Below are positions 51,056 through 61,910 of a DNA stretch of 64,000 nt, piece after piece. Origin of the DNA: Candidatus Bathyarchaeota archaeon (GTDB taxonomy: Archaea; Thermoproteota; Bathyarchaeia; Bathyarchaeales; Bathycorpusculaceae); NCBI GenBank assembly GCA_963767735.1, contig CAVYES010000005.1, positions 256,001 through 320,000 on the forward strand, in the 5' to 3' direction. Each line of letters opens with the position of its first letter. The first letter of the stretch is position 1. Made by a program: the position numbers and the translations under genes. The notes beneath the pieces were generated by a model, which did no database searches, was not told the origin of the DNA, and saw only the letters and a program-made list of their open reading frames with translations.

Positions 51056-52111
51056 TTAGGACTCCAAATTGTTATTTAAAATTCGATCTGCTAATTTATG
51101 TCTTATATCTAATAGGTCTCTTAAAACTGCACTGGCAGTTTCAATTCCGCCTGCACCTCTACCGATGAGTGTTTGTTCTGCAGCATACTCCGTAGAGAAG
51201 GTTATTGCGTTTAATACACCGCTGACGCACAGGGGGTTGTTTTTAGCTATTTCCGTGGGTTTAACAGATGTTGTATTGCCGTCTATTGAACCAATGAGCT
51301 TGATCGTGTTACCCCTCTTTGAAGCCTCATCAAGCGCTTGCAGCGATACGTCGCGGATGCCTGTTCTATCAACGTCTTTTAAGGTTATTTTCTTGTTTAA
51401 TATCCAGTTCGACAGAATGACGACTTTGCAGGCAGTATCAAACCCGTCAATATCCATTGACGGCTCTTTCTCAGCGTAACCAAGCTTTTGCGCATTTGCT
51501 AGCGCTTTCTGGAAGGTCACGCGGTTTTGAGACATTTCAGTTAGTATATAGTTAGTTGTGCCGTTCAGTATACCACGTATGGCTAGGATTTTGTCTCCTG
51601 CAAGGCATCGTTTCGCAAACTCTAGCATTGGTGTTCCACCGCCGACAGTTCCGCTGAATCTCAGGTAAACATTGTTATATTCAGCCAACTCCGTAAGGGC
51701 TGGCATCGCTAGGGCCAATGGACCTTTATTGGTTGTGACCACATGTTTCCCTGTTTTAAACGCTTTAGTAATGTGTGAGAGGGCTGGCTCACCGTTTTTG
51801 ATATTGACAGGCGTAACTTCTACAACCACTTCTGCTTCAACTGACTCAATAACATCTAACGCAGGTATTCCTGGGTGCCCAAACTCCGGGTCGGCGGATA
51901 TTGGATAACCCCGTTTCTTAATCTCTTCTAACTTTTCAGGGCTCAGACCTTTTGGGTTTATAACAGCGCCGTCAATATCGGCGATGGCAACGATTTTTGG
52001 GTTAAACCCGTAATCCTTAACCTTTTCTGCATATCCGCGAGCAAGAATTGTTGTTACGCCCTTCCCGACTACGCCATAGCCAACTAAGATAATCCTCATT
52101 TTCATGTTCAC
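51056..52111 (-). CDS. hom: homoserine dehydrogenase
   Basis: GYGVVG, VTTNKGP, GILNGTTN, GAGG.ETASA. Confidence 0.94.
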   Translation of the reverse strand: MNMKMRIILVGYGVVGKGVTTILARGYAEKVKDYGFNPKIVAIADIDGAVINPKGLSPEKLEEIKKRGYPISADPEFGHPGIPALDVIESVEAEVVVEVTPVNIKNGEPALSHITKAFKTGKHVVTTNKGPLALAMPALTELAEYNNVYLRFSGTVGGGTPMLEFAKRCLAGDKILAIRGILNGTTNYILTEMSQNRVTFQKALANAQKLGYAEKEPSMDIDGFDTACKVVILSNWILNKKITLKDVDRTGIRDVSLQALDEASKRGNTIKLIGSIDGNTTSVKPTEIAKNNPLCVSGVLNAITFSTEYAAEQTLIGRGAGGIETASAVLRDLLDIRHKLADRILNNNLES

Positions 52112-53358
52112 CTTGCCAAAATAACTCTTGGGGTTTTTAATCCTAAAGCCTGTTCGATAGCGGATATTTCAGCGTCAACCTCAATGGGTTTTTCGCTTTG
52201 TTTGATTGCAGTATCAGGATCCTTTAAACCGTGTCCTGTCGTGATGCAGACTACCCGTTCATCCTTATCGATAACTCCATTGTTAACTAGCTTCTTTAAA
52301 CCTGCAATAGATGAGGCACTTGCAGGCTCCACAAAAATGCCCTCAATCCGAGCAAGCGTTTTCTGCGCGTCCAAGATTTCCTCGTCGGTTACGGTTTCAG
52401 CGGTTCCATGCGATTCATGAATGGCCTTAATGGCTTTCTTCCAGCTTACCGGAGCGCCGATTCGGATAGCTGTGGCGATAGTTTCTGGTTTCTCTACTGG
52501 AATTATTTTGTCGCTGCCAGTTTTGATTGCCTGTGCTATGGGCGCTGAGCCAGATGCTTGTATACCCGTCATTTTGGGCAGTGTTTTTATGTACCCGAGT
52601 TTGTGGAATTCAGTTAAGCCTTTCCAGACTGCGCTTATGTTTCCAGCATTACCTACTGGTATGATGATTCTGTCTGGTGCTTCATTGTTTAGTTGTTCGC
52701 AGATTTCATAACCCAAAGACTTCTGTCCCTCGATACGGAAGGGGTTAATTGAGTTAAGAAGGTAAATGCTTTTGTGCTTCTCAGCTAGTTTAAGCACGAA
52801 TTCTAAGGCTTGGTCAAAATTACCGCGTACCTGCAAAACTTTAGCGCCGTGAATCATCGCTTGCGCCAACTTGCCATAAGCAATCTTACCAGAAGGAATA
52901 AGGACCGTGCATTTTATTCCTGCCCGCGCAGCATAAGCCGCTAAGCTAGCGCTGGTGTTGCCTGTTGAAGCGCAGATTACGTGTCTTGCGCCGAGTTCCA
53001 CGGCTTTTGTGACGCCTATGGTCATGCCTCTGTCTTTGAAGCTGCCTGTTGGGTTTTCGCCCTCATTCTTAACGTACAGTTGTTTTAGTCCTAATTCGTC
53101 GCCTAAGCGTTGGGAACGGTGTAACCCCGTGCCGCCTTCGTTTAGCGAGACTATGTGTGCGGCTTCGTGGATGGGCATGAAGTCGCGGTATCGCCAAACG
53201 GATAAGGGCTTTGTTTTCCAGTCGCTGTCTTTGAGGGTTTCGGCTAACTCTTTAAAGTCGAATTTTATTTCAAGGATGTCTCCACATTTCTTGCAGAAAT
53301 AGATAATCTCATCTATATCGTATTTTGCTTTGCAGTTTATGCATTCTTGATGTGTCAT
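52108..53358 (-). CDS. thrC: threonine synthase
   Basis: NPTGSFKDRG, ASTGNT, PVGNAGN, EPASA, TGHGLKD. Confidence 0.96.
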   Translation of the reverse strand: MTHQECINCKAKYDIDEIIYFCKKCGDILEIKFDFKELAETLKDSDWKTKPLSVWRYRDFMPIHEAAHIVSLNEGGTGLHRSQRLGDELGLKQLYVKNEGENPTGSFKDRGMTIGVTKAVELGARHVICASTGNTSASLAAYAARAGIKCTVLIPSGKIAYGKLAQAMIHGAKVLQVRGNFDQALEFVLKLAEKHKSIYLLNSINPFRIEGQKSLGYEICEQLNNEAPDRIIIPVGNAGNISAVWKGLTEFHKLGYIKTLPKMTGIQASGSAPIAQAIKTGSDKIIPVEKPETIATAIRIGAPVSWKKAIKAIHESHGTAETVTDEEILDAQKTLARIEGIFVEPASASSIAGLKKLVNNGVIDKDERVVCITTGHGLKDPDTAIKQSEKPIEVDAEISAIEQALGLKTPRVILAR

Positions 53359-53458
53359 GGTTTAATCTCCGTAAGCGCCTTTTCACGGCTTGGAAACTTA
53401 AGCTGTAGTGAAGTATCAACTGTGACATTATTAATTTTGTTGTTTCGCTAACGGCTTC

Positions 53459-54037
53459 TTAACCCACCATATTAGACAAAACCTCATATGTTTTTAGGCT
53501 GTCTTTTTTCTCAACCACCATGATTGTTTCCGTCCAACAAGAAATAAACTCAATAATGTTCACGTTCTGTTCTGCCAGTAACGTTGCTAGGAAAGCGACA
53601 ACTCCCGGCGTTACTTCAAGTTCTTCAGGTGAATGAACCACAATCATGGTGCAGTTGTCATGCTTGACCAAAGTGGTAATGCGTTCAGGCAAATCGCTTC
53701 TATCGAGCAGGTAAACAAATTTTCCTAGTAAGTCAACTTCCATTCCTGTTTTTGAGCTGAGTTCTTTGCTCGTTATCATAACCGCTTTTCGGTCATAAAC
53801 GGCTATGCTGCTGCGTTTTAGAAGTTGGAGGACTTTTTCTTCTCTTTTTTGCTTATGCTTTTGCAGTTCCTCCGAGTAACGGCGCAAAGCGGCTTTTATG
53901 GCGCTTGTGTCACTGGTTTTTAGTTCTTGTTGTATCTGTCTGGATAGCTCGCTTAGGTTCACTATGCCTTTTTCTAGTGCTTCCAGCAGATACGGTTTGT
54001 TTCGCAGGTGGTCTCTTACGTTTTGGGCTATTGTCAT
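53459..54037 (-). CDS. putative HTH plus ACT-domain amino-acid-sensing regulator
   Basis: N-terminal helical GIVNLSELSRQI; C-terminal ACT TPGVVAFL...LAEQNVNIIE; start moved to ATG 54037. Confidence 0.75.
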   Translation of the reverse strand: MTIAQNVRDHLRNKPYLLEALEKGIVNLSELSRQIQQELKTSDTSAIKAALRRYSEELQKHKQKREEKVLQLLKRSSIAVYDRKAVMITSKELSSKTGMEVDLLGKFVYLLDRSDLPERITTLVKHDNCTMIVVHSPEELEVTPGVVAFLATLLAEQNVNIIEFISCWTETIMVVEKKDSLKTYEVLSNMVG

Positions 54038-54081
54038 ATTGGCTATTGATTGTATCAAATGGCACATTTAAATTTTATTAA

Positions 54082-54107
54082 GTAACAAAAAAGTCACAAT
54101 GTTTAAA
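54082..54107 (+). promoter_or_regulatory. operator plus TATA box of the argG operon
   Basis: GTAACAAAAAAGTCACAATGTTTAAA, 25/26 identical to the lysW promoter motif. Confidence 0.7.
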
Positions 54108-54148
54108 AATACAGCATTGAAGGTTAGGGGAATAATTCACAGCAAAAA

Positions 54149-55390
54149 ATGGGGGAGCAAAACATAACCGAAAAAATCGTGTTAGCGTACTCAGGCGGAT
54201 TAGACACATCCGTATTAATCAAGTACCTCCAAGAAAAATACGACGCACAAGTAATAACGGTAACTGTAGATGTTGGCCAAGGCGAAGACCTCAAAGCCTC
54301 TGAGGAAAAAGCCAAAAAGCTCGGCGTTCTCAAACATTTCTCAATCAACGCCAAAGACGAGTTTGCAAAAGACTATATTTTCCCAGCCATAAAAGCCAAC
54401 GCACTATACGAAGGAAAATATCCCATAAGTACGAGCCTCTCGCGGCCACTCATTGCGTCAAAAATGGTTGAAGTCGCCGAAAAAGAAGGCGCCACTGCCC
54501 TGGCTCATGGCTGCACAGGAAGAGGCAATGACCAAGTACGCTTTGACGTAACACTTGGGTCTTTAGCGCCTGACAAAAAAATTATTGCTCCAGTCCGCGA
54601 GTGGGGTATGACGCGCGAAGAAGAAATTGCTTACGCCAAAACTAAAGGCGTCCCCGTCTCCAACGCCGCCAGAAAATATAGCATAGACGCAAGCGTGTGG
54701 GGCAGAGCCATCGAATGCGGACTGCTTGAAGACGCAAGCCAAGCGCCTCCTGAAGACGCTTACGAATGGACAACTTCACCTGAAAAAGCACCAAATACCC
54801 CCGAAATTGTTACCATACAATTTGAGGCTGGTGTACCCGTTGCGGTAAACGGCAAAGCCATGCTGCCCCTGGAGCTTATTGAAGAAATGAATAAGATTGC
54901 GGGCAGAAACGGCGTTGGCAGAATAGACCACATAGAAGACCGCTTAGTCGGAATAAAATCAAGGGAAGTTTACGAGTGTCCTGCAGCAACCGTGATTTTG
55001 GAAGCTCACAAAGACCTGGAAAAGATGGTTATGACACGGCATCAAGTCCTGTTCAAGCAGCAGGTTGAAGCCGAATGGGTGTTCTTAGCATACGCTGGTT
55101 TATGGGTTGACCCTCTAAAAGATGACCTTGACGCTTTCATAAACAAGTCACAGGAAAACGTCACGGGGGAAGTCAAACTTAAACTCTACAAAGGTGGCAT
55201 GCAAGTTATCGGACGCTCCTCGCCGATGTCGCTCTACGACAAAAACCTTGCCAACTATAACATCAAAACAACGTTCAATCAATCCTACTCTAAAGGCTTC
55301 ATTGAACTGTGGGGGCTTCAAACAAGAATGTACAATGCCCTTAAAAAGTCAGGCAAAAAAACAGCCAAGAAAAGCAAGAGAACCTCGTGA
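54149..55390 (+). CDS. argG: argininosuccinate synthase
   Basis: LAYSGGLDTS, HGCTGRGNDQVRF, KSREVYE. Confidence 0.97.
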   Translation: MGEQNITEKIVLAYSGGLDTSVLIKYLQEKYDAQVITVTVDVGQGEDLKASEEKAKKLGVLKHFSINAKDEFAKDYIFPAIKANALYEGKYPISTSLSRPLIASKMVEVAEKEGATALAHGCTGRGNDQVRFDVTLGSLAPDKKIIAPVREWGMTREEEIAYAKTKGVPVSNAARKYSIDASVWGRAIECGLLEDASQAPPEDAYEWTTSPEKAPNTPEIVTIQFEAGVPVAVNGKAMLPLELIEEMNKIAGRNGVGRIDHIEDRLVGIKSREVYECPAATVILEAHKDLEKMVMTRHQVLFKQQVEAEWVFLAYAGLWVDPLKDDLDAFINKSQENVTGEVKLKLYKGGMQVIGRSSPMSLYDKNLANYNIKTTFNQSYSKGFIELWGLQTRMYNALKKSGKKTAKKSKRTS

Positions 55391-55417
55391 ATGGTGAGTA
55401 AGCTGGAGGGTGAGTAA

Positions 55418-56929
55418 GTGTCAAAGATGTTGCATGGGGGGCGGCTAACGTCTTTGCGTGAAGATGTTGCTAAATTTACTTCTTCACGAAAAGACGATGA
55501 GCGCTTAGCATTGGCCGTTGTTGACATCAACAAAGCCCACATTGTAATGCTGATGGAGCAGAAAATAATACAGCGGCAAGACGGAGTAAAAATCTTAAAA
55601 GCTCTTTCTAAGCTTTCCGACATTAAGCTTGATTCTGCCGCTGAAGACGTTCATATGGCAGTTGAAGAAGCAATACTTAAGGAAACTGGACCTGAAGTCG
55701 GCGGGAATCTGCATATCGCAAAAAGCAGAAACGACCAAGTCACAACTGCCATCCGCATGCAACTTCGAAATGAACTTGTTGAATTGATGCTTAAGGTTTT
55801 GGAGATGGAGGAAAGCCTCATAGACACAGCCAGCAAACACGTCGACACGGTTATTTTGGAATATACTCACCTGCAAGCTGCGCAGCCCGTCACATTTGCC
55901 CATTATTTGCTCTCTTATGTTCAAGGGTTGGAGCGTGACTTAGAGAGACTTCGGGGCGCTTATGAACGGGTCAACTTGTGCCCTCTTGGCTCTGGAGCAT
56001 TAGCAACAACAAGTTTCCCAATAAACCGCAAAAGAACTGCTGAGCTCTTGGGCTTCAAAGCGGTGTTGGAGAATTCAATTGATGCAGTTGGCAGCCGAGA
56101 CTTCATACTAGAAACCCAAGCCTCATTAACGTTGCTTGCTGTGAATTTAAGCCGCTTAGCTGAGGATCTGATAATTTGGAGCTCACAAGAGTTCGGTACA
56201 ATCGATTTGCCTGACGAGTTCACATCAACCAGCAGCATCATGCCGCAAAAAAAGAACCCGGAAGTGCTTGAAGTTATTCGTGCGAGAGCCAGCTATGCGC
56301 TCGGCGATTTCGTTGCTTCGGCTACTGCTCTGAAGAGTCTGCCCACAACGTATAATCTTGATTTTCAAGAGGTAACGCCGAAACTTTGGGCTTCAACCGA
56401 CAACTTAGCCAGCTCACTGTGCATATTCTCCCAACTTATGTCTAACTTGAAAGTGTCAACAAACGTTGAAAGTAAAGCCGCAGCAGGCTTTGTAGGCGCA
56501 ACAGAATTGGCTAACATGCTCGTGCGCAAATACAACGTTGCTTTCCGAACCTCGCACAAGATAGTTGGCGCTCTTGTCAAAACGCTGATTGAGTCAAAAC
56601 AAACTCTGATGGATGCAACGCCTGAACTGCTGCAAAAGGTGGCTCAGCAAGCGATTGGAATCAAATTAATTGTTAAGAAACAGGATATGGTTGAATGCAC
56701 AAATCCACGCAAAATAATCGAAACATATAAAGTGCAAGGTGGTCCTTCACCCGTCGAGGTTGAAAGAGCCATAAAAACACTAAAAAAGAACATTATAAGT
56801 TCCAAAAGGTACATATCTGAACTCAAACATAACCTTGCCAATTCAGAAAGCCGTCTCAACTCCATCGTAGAATCTTACTCTCTTTCAAACTCTCCATCAA
56901 ACGTAAGACTTAAAAATCCAACCTTATAG
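55418..56929 (+). CDS. argH: argininosuccinate lyase
   Basis: SRNDQV, YTHLQ.AQP, SSIMPQKKNP. Confidence 0.96.
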   Translation: MSKMLHGGRLTSLREDVAKFTSSRKDDERLALAVVDINKAHIVMLMEQKIIQRQDGVKILKALSKLSDIKLDSAAEDVHMAVEEAILKETGPEVGGNLHIAKSRNDQVTTAIRMQLRNELVELMLKVLEMEESLIDTASKHVDTVILEYTHLQAAQPVTFAHYLLSYVQGLERDLERLRGAYERVNLCPLGSGALATTSFPINRKRTAELLGFKAVLENSIDAVGSRDFILETQASLTLLAVNLSRLAEDLIIWSSQEFGTIDLPDEFTSTSSIMPQKKNPEVLEVIRARASYALGDFVASATALKSLPTTYNLDFQEVTPKLWASTDNLASSLCIFSQLMSNLKVSTNVESKAAAGFVGATELANMLVRKYNVAFRTSHKIVGALVKTLIESKQTLMDATPELLQKVAQQAIGIKLIVKKQDMVECTNPRKIIETYKVQGGPSPVEVERAIKTLKKNIISSKRYISELKHNLANSESRLNSIVESYSLSNSPSNVRLKNPTL

Positions 56930-56942
56930 GTAGAATAGGGCT

Positions 56943-58088
56943 TTGGTCCCACAACATAGCACGTCCAACAAAAATAAAAAAGCGATTCTGCTTCTTGAAG
57001 ACGGAACGTCATTTATCGGCAACGGTTTTGGAGCAACAGGAAAAATCTCAGGAGAAGTGGTATTCTCAACTCAAATGGTTGGTTATCCAGAAGCGCTTAC
57101 TGACCCATCCTATAAAGGTCAAGTTTTAACCTTTACTTATCCGCTGGTTGGCAACTATGGTGTTCCATCAAACGAATTAAACCTGGGTCTTCCGCTCTAT
57201 TTCGAGTCAGACCACATACAAGTGCAAGGATTAGTAATTCACGAGTTATGCCACGAACCCTACCATTGGGCATCAACAAGAACCTTGGACAAGTGGCTAC
57301 TAGACGAAGGAGTCCCAGGAATATATGGAGTAGACACTAGGCGTTTAACAAAGAAACTGAGAACTCATGGGGTCATGCTCGGAAACTTGCAGGTTTTTGA
57401 TGTAGGCGAAGAGCCTAATTTGGATGCTCTTTTAAAGAACGGCCAAGACATTGCTGACCCTAACTTAACTGATTTGGTTAAGGAAGTTTCAGTGAAACAA
57501 CCCATCAAATACAGCGTGGAGGGCAAAAAAACTGTTGTCCTAATCGACTGCGGAGCCAAATACAGCATCATCCGCAACCTGCTTAAACGAGGCATAAACG
57601 TTATACGAGTACCTTATGAGACTTCAGCCAGCGAAGTCATGGCATACAATCCCGACGGCGTCTTCTTAAGTAACGGACCGGGCGACCCTAAGAAATGCGT
57701 GAAAACGATCGAGTGCGTGCGCGAAGTAGTTGATAAGGTTCCTTTTATGGGCATATGCCTCGGCGCTCAAATATTGGCGCTGGCGATGGGCGGAGACACT
57801 TATAAGTTAAAGTTCGGTCACCGCGCCCAAAACCAACCCGCCCTTGACCTAATCAACCGTCGTTGCTACATTACAACTCAAAATCACGGTTACGCAGTAG
57901 ACATAGAAGCCCTAAAGAAAACCCCGCTGGAATGTTGGTTCATAAACCCTAACGACAAAACCACGGAAGGCATCAAGCACAAAAGCAAACCTGTTTTTGC
58001 CGTACAATGGCATCCGGAAGCCTCGCCAGGACCATACGACACCGAGTTGCTGTTTGACAAGTTCGCAAAAACGTTGGAGGCGACTTAG
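56943..58088 (+). CDS. carA: carbamoyl-phosphate synthase small subunit
   Basis: TDPSY, SNGPGDP, GICLG, QNHG, QWHPEASPGP. Confidence 0.97.
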   Translation: MVPQHSTSNKNKKAILLLEDGTSFIGNGFGATGKISGEVVFSTQMVGYPEALTDPSYKGQVLTFTYPLVGNYGVPSNELNLGLPLYFESDHIQVQGLVIHELCHEPYHWASTRTLDKWLLDEGVPGIYGVDTRRLTKKLRTHGVMLGNLQVFDVGEEPNLDALLKNGQDIADPNLTDLVKEVSVKQPIKYSVEGKKTVVLIDCGAKYSIIRNLLKRGINVIRVPYETSASEVMAYNPDGVFLSNGPGDPKKCVKTIECVREVVDKVPFMGICLGAQILALAMGGDTYKLKFGHRAQNQPALDLINRRCYITTQNHGYAVDIEALKKTPLECWFINPNDKTTEGIKHKSKPVFAVQWHPEASPGPYDTELLFDKFAKTLEAT

Positions 58089-61000
58089 GTGCCAAAGTTT
58101 GACTGGATAAAGAAAGTGATGGTTCTTGGCAGCGGCGCCATAAAAATCGGTGAAGCAGCCGAGTTTGACTATTCGGGCAGCCAATGTCTTAAGGCTCTGC
58201 GGGAAGAGGGCATTGAAACCGTTCTGGTTAATCCTAACATTGCCACTATTCAGACTGACCCGCGGTTATCCGGAAAAGTGTATCTTCTTCCAGTGACGGC
58301 TGAATATGTTGAGAAAGTTATTGAAAAAGAACGTCCTGACAGTATTCTTTTGGGGTTCGGAGGACAAACCGCGTTAAACTGCGGTTTAGAACTGGAAAAG
58401 AAAGGTATCCTGCAGAAATACAATGTTAAAGTTTTGGGTACGCCTGTTCATGCTATAGAGGATACGGGTGATCGTGAACGTTTCCGGCAAGCGATGCTTA
58501 AAGCAAATGTTCCGCCGTTAAACAGCAAATCAGCCACAACCGTAACGCACGCTTTGGAAATCGCTGATGAAATTGGTTACCCCGTTATAATTAGAGTTGC
58601 ATATACTCTTGGAGGCAAAGGCGCAGGGGTAGCACATAACCCTAATGAATTAAAGGAGATAGCGACCCTTGGTTTAGCGCAGAGCCGCATAAGCCAAATA
58701 CTCGTTGAAGAGTATGTTGGACACTGGAAAGAAGTCGAATATGAAGTAATGCGCGACTACGCAGACAACTGCTTAACGATTTGCAACATGGAAAACTTCG
58801 ATCCCATGGGTGTCCACACCGGCGACTCCATCGTTGTGGCTCCTTCGCAAACCATGTCAAACCGTGAATACCACCTTATTCGGTCAACTTCAATAAACGC
58901 AATACGCAGCTTAGGAATTGTGGGCGAATGCAACATTCAATGGGCGTTGAACGCGCGATCAGAAGAGCATCGAGTAATCGAAGTTAACTCACGTATGTCC
59001 AGAAGCTCAGCTTTAGCAAGTAAAGTAACCGGGTACCCCTTGGCTTACATAGCGACAAAACTAACCCTGGGCTATTTGCTTCCAGAACTCATAAACAAAG
59101 TAACAGAAGTCACCACAGCCTGTTTTGAACCAGCCTTAGACTACATAACTGTGAAGATTCCACGGTGGGATCTGCAGAAATTCAAAAACGCTGACCGCCA
59201 CATCGGTCCCCAGATGCGCTCCGTTGGGGAAGTGATGGCTATTGGCCGCTGCTTTGAAGAGGCATTGCAAAAAGCTGTACGCATGTTGGATACTGGCAAG
59301 ATAGGTTTAGTTTGCAACCCCGAAGACTCGGAGCCTGAGCCTGAAGAGAGAATACGCGATGTGCTCTCGAACCCCACTGACGAGAGGCTCTACACGATTG
59401 TTAAAGCACTAAAAATGGGGATACCCATCGCGGAAATCTACCGCTTAAGCGGCGTCGACCCCTTCTTCCTGCATAAGATACAAAATATAATTAACATGGA
59501 AGCAAATCTGCGCCAGTTAAACCTTGCAGAGGCCTCGGCGACAGAAGTGATTCGGGAAGCGAAGCGTTTAGGATTCTCGGATGAGCAAATCGCTAAGTGC
59601 CAATGCACCGATGAATATACAATTAGAGCGTTTAGAAAAAACGCAAACATTCTGCCCGTAGTTAAGCAGATAGACACGTTGGCGGCTGAATGGCCAGCGA
59701 AAACAAACTATCTCTACCTCACATACGGTGGAGATGAAGATGACATCGAATTAACTAATAACACAAGCAAAGTTATCGTGTTGGGCGCCGGCGTCTTCAG
59801 GATAGGTTCAAGTGTGGAGTTTGACTGGTGCGGCGTCAACACGATTTGGGCACTCAAGAAATACGGTGTTCAAGAAGCAATAATGGTTAACTACAACCCA
59901 GAAACGGTCTCCACGGATTACGATGTTTCGGACAAACTCTACTTTGAAGAACTTACAACTGAGCGAATATTGGATATTTACGAGAAGGAAAATCCTTTAG
60001 GCGTCATCACCAGCGTCGGCGGTCAAATTCCAAACAACTTAGCCATGAAACTCTCTAACGCAGGCGTTAAACTGCTTGGGACTTCCGCTGAAAACGTTGA
60101 TTTGGCTGAGGACCGCTCAAAGTTTAGTGCTCTTTTAGATCAGCTGGGAATTTGTCAGCCAAGCTGGAGCAAACTGCTCTCGATTGCAGATGCAAAACGG
60201 TTTGCACAGAAAATTGGTTACCCAGTTATTGTGCGCCCCAGCTACGTTCTGTCTGGTTCAGCGATGCGCGTAGCTTACAACGAGACGTCGCTTGAGAATT
60301 TCCTCAACTTAGCTGCTAAGGTTTCGCTTGATCACCCAGTAGTTATAAGCAAATTCATTAATCGCGCCAAAGAGGTTGAGGTTGACGGCGTTTCTGACGG
60401 CGAAACCGTTTTTATCGGCGCTATAATGGAGCATGTTGAAAACGCCGGCGTCCACAGCGGCGACGCAACCATGACCATCCCGCCTCAAGCCCTAAAGGTT
60501 GAGGTTCAGAAGAAAATTGAGGATTGCACCCAGAGAATAGTTAAAGCTCTCAACATTCACGGACCCTACAACATCCAGTACCTTGTTAAAGACGACGTAG
60601 TAAACGTCATTGAATGCAACCTGCGCGCTTCACGTTCGATGCCGTTTGTCAGCAAAACACGCGGAATAAACCTCATTGACCTCGCCACTTTAGCTATGCT
60701 GGGCAAGAAAATTGATGGAGTTCAGTTGTCGCCGATGACTGTTGCGCCCCATGTCGGTGTTAAGGTTCCGCAGTTCAGCTTTATGCGTTTAAGCGGGGCT
60801 GACCCGGTTCTGGGCGTGGAGATGCTTAGCACTGGTGAGGTGGCGTGTTTAGGCGAAAACTTCTCTGATGCCTTTTCTAAAGCGTTGCAGTCTGCAGAAG
60901 TTAATATTCCCTCAAAAGACGGTGCGTTGCTGATTAGTGTTGGGGGCGATCAGGAACGTAAAAAACGTGTTGTGCCGATAGCAATGGCTTTTGCTGAGAT

Positions 61001-61364
61001 GGGCTTCAAAATCTACGCAACTGCCCATACCGCCGCTGTACTTAACGCTAACGGCGTGAACGCTACTGTGCTATACAAGGTTAAGGAGGCTGAAGCTAAC
61101 CCAAACATTCTGGATTACCTGCAGGAGCGTAAAATCGACTTAGTCATAAACGTGCCCATAGCTAACAGACAGAACAGTTTCACAGACATCTTAACCGACG
61201 GCTACGTAATCCGACGCCAAGCAGTGGAGTTTAATGTGCCGGTGATTACGAATTTGCAGTTAGCAGCAGCTTTGGTGGATGTTTTAAAGCAGAAGGGCCA
61301 AAACGGCACCACAATTCGTTCATTAAACGAGTATATGGATGACTTACCCTGGAAACGCTGGTAA
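58089..61364 (+). CDS. carB: carbamoyl-phosphate synthase large subunit
   Basis: GSGAIKIG..AEFDYSG, two ATP-grasp halves, C-terminal MGS domain. Confidence 0.97.
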   Translation: MPKFDWIKKVMVLGSGAIKIGEAAEFDYSGSQCLKALREEGIETVLVNPNIATIQTDPRLSGKVYLLPVTAEYVEKVIEKERPDSILLGFGGQTALNCGLELEKKGILQKYNVKVLGTPVHAIEDTGDRERFRQAMLKANVPPLNSKSATTVTHALEIADEIGYPVIIRVAYTLGGKGAGVAHNPNELKEIATLGLAQSRISQILVEEYVGHWKEVEYEVMRDYADNCLTICNMENFDPMGVHTGDSIVVAPSQTMSNREYHLIRSTSINAIRSLGIVGECNIQWALNARSEEHRVIEVNSRMSRSSALASKVTGYPLAYIATKLTLGYLLPELINKVTEVTTACFEPALDYITVKIPRWDLQKFKNADRHIGPQMRSVGEVMAIGRCFEEALQKAVRMLDTGKIGLVCNPEDSEPEPEERIRDVLSNPTDERLYTIVKALKMGIPIAEIYRLSGVDPFFLHKIQNIINMEANLRQLNLAEASATEVIREAKRLGFSDEQIAKCQCTDEYTIRAFRKNANILPVVKQIDTLAAEWPAKTNYLYLTYGGDEDDIELTNNTSKVIVLGAGVFRIGSSVEFDWCGVNTIWALKKYGVQEAIMVNYNPETVSTDYDVSDKLYFEELTTERILDIYEKENPLGVITSVGGQIPNNLAMKLSNAGVKLLGTSAENVDLAEDRSKFSALLDQLGICQPSWSKLLSIADAKRFAQKIGYPVIVRPSYVLSGSAMRVAYNETSLENFLNLAAKVSLDHPVVISKFINRAKEVEVDGVSDGETVFIGAIMEHVENAGVHSGDATMTIPPQALKVEVQKKIEDCTQRIVKALNIHGPYNIQYLVKDDVVNVIECNLRASRSMPFVSKTRGINLIDLATLAMLGKKIDGVQLSPMTVAPHVGVKVPQFSFMRLSGADPVLGVEMLSTGEVACLGENFSDAFSKALQSAEVNIPSKDGALLISVGGDQERKKRVVPIAMAFAEMGFKIYATAHTAAVLNANGVNATVLYKVKEAEANPNILDYLQERKIDLVINVPIANRQNSFTDILTDGYVIRRQAVEFNVPVITNLQLAAALVDVLKQKGQNGTTIRSLNEYMDDLPWKRW

Positions 61365-61402
61365 ATCCCAAAGGGGTGCTTCCGAGTTAATTTTCTTTAT
61401 CT

Positions 61403-61870
61403 TAAATTTTTGTTCTTTGTGTTTTGGTTTGCTTATCTTTTTCAGGGTTTGAACTGTTTGCAGGTTGCGTACACAGAAGGACACAGAAGGATAAGAAAGG
61501 ACACGAAAGGATAAGGAAGGATAAGCGAGGCAAAAAAAGGTATTTCATGCAGAACAGTTGCGTCGCCACTGATCTTTGTGTTTTGGGCTGATTTTTTAGT
61601 TTAGAACTCGATTCGTTTGCTGGTTGAGTAAGGAAAAGTAACAGAAAGTGAGGAAAAGTGAGGAAAAGTGACGAAAGTTTGCCGGTTAGATTTTTTTAAG
61701 GAGTGCGGATTTTCAAGTGTTTAGTTCTTTTCTAATTTTTGTTCTGGTTGTTTTGGGTTGCTTTTTTGGTTTAGGGCTTGTGGCCTTTGTAGGTTGCGAC
61801 TTTATTCGACCGCCATTGACCTTTTTTGACTGCTTGCGGCTCTTTTCGACTGCCTGCGGCTCTTCATGAC
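61403..61870 (+). repeat. three tandem units of a T-rich leader ending GGTTG, each followed by a 10-bp-phased array
   Basis: Arrays: AGG x7 (61471-61540), AGT x5-6 (61627-61680), GAC/GGC x8 (61798-61870); leader ends at 61463, 61622 and 61792. Confidence 0.9.
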
Positions 61871-61910
61871 CATAAACGCTTAAGTATAGGTGCTAAAGCA
61901 AGAATCTGGT

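Noticed and set aside
335-59677. Many antisense or overlapping ORFs in the track (e.g. 335-898, 7371-7895, 12959-13513, 26147-26674)
   Set aside because: Shadows of well-supported genes on the other strand; no motifs of their own
54149-61364. Absence of argF (also ilvC, ilvD, asd) as pathway gaps
   Set aside because: They may lie outside this window
61403-61870. CRISPR array or RNA gene
   Set aside because: No identical 24-40-bp repeats with unique spacers, no cas genes; I recognised no tRNA or rRNA anywhere in the window
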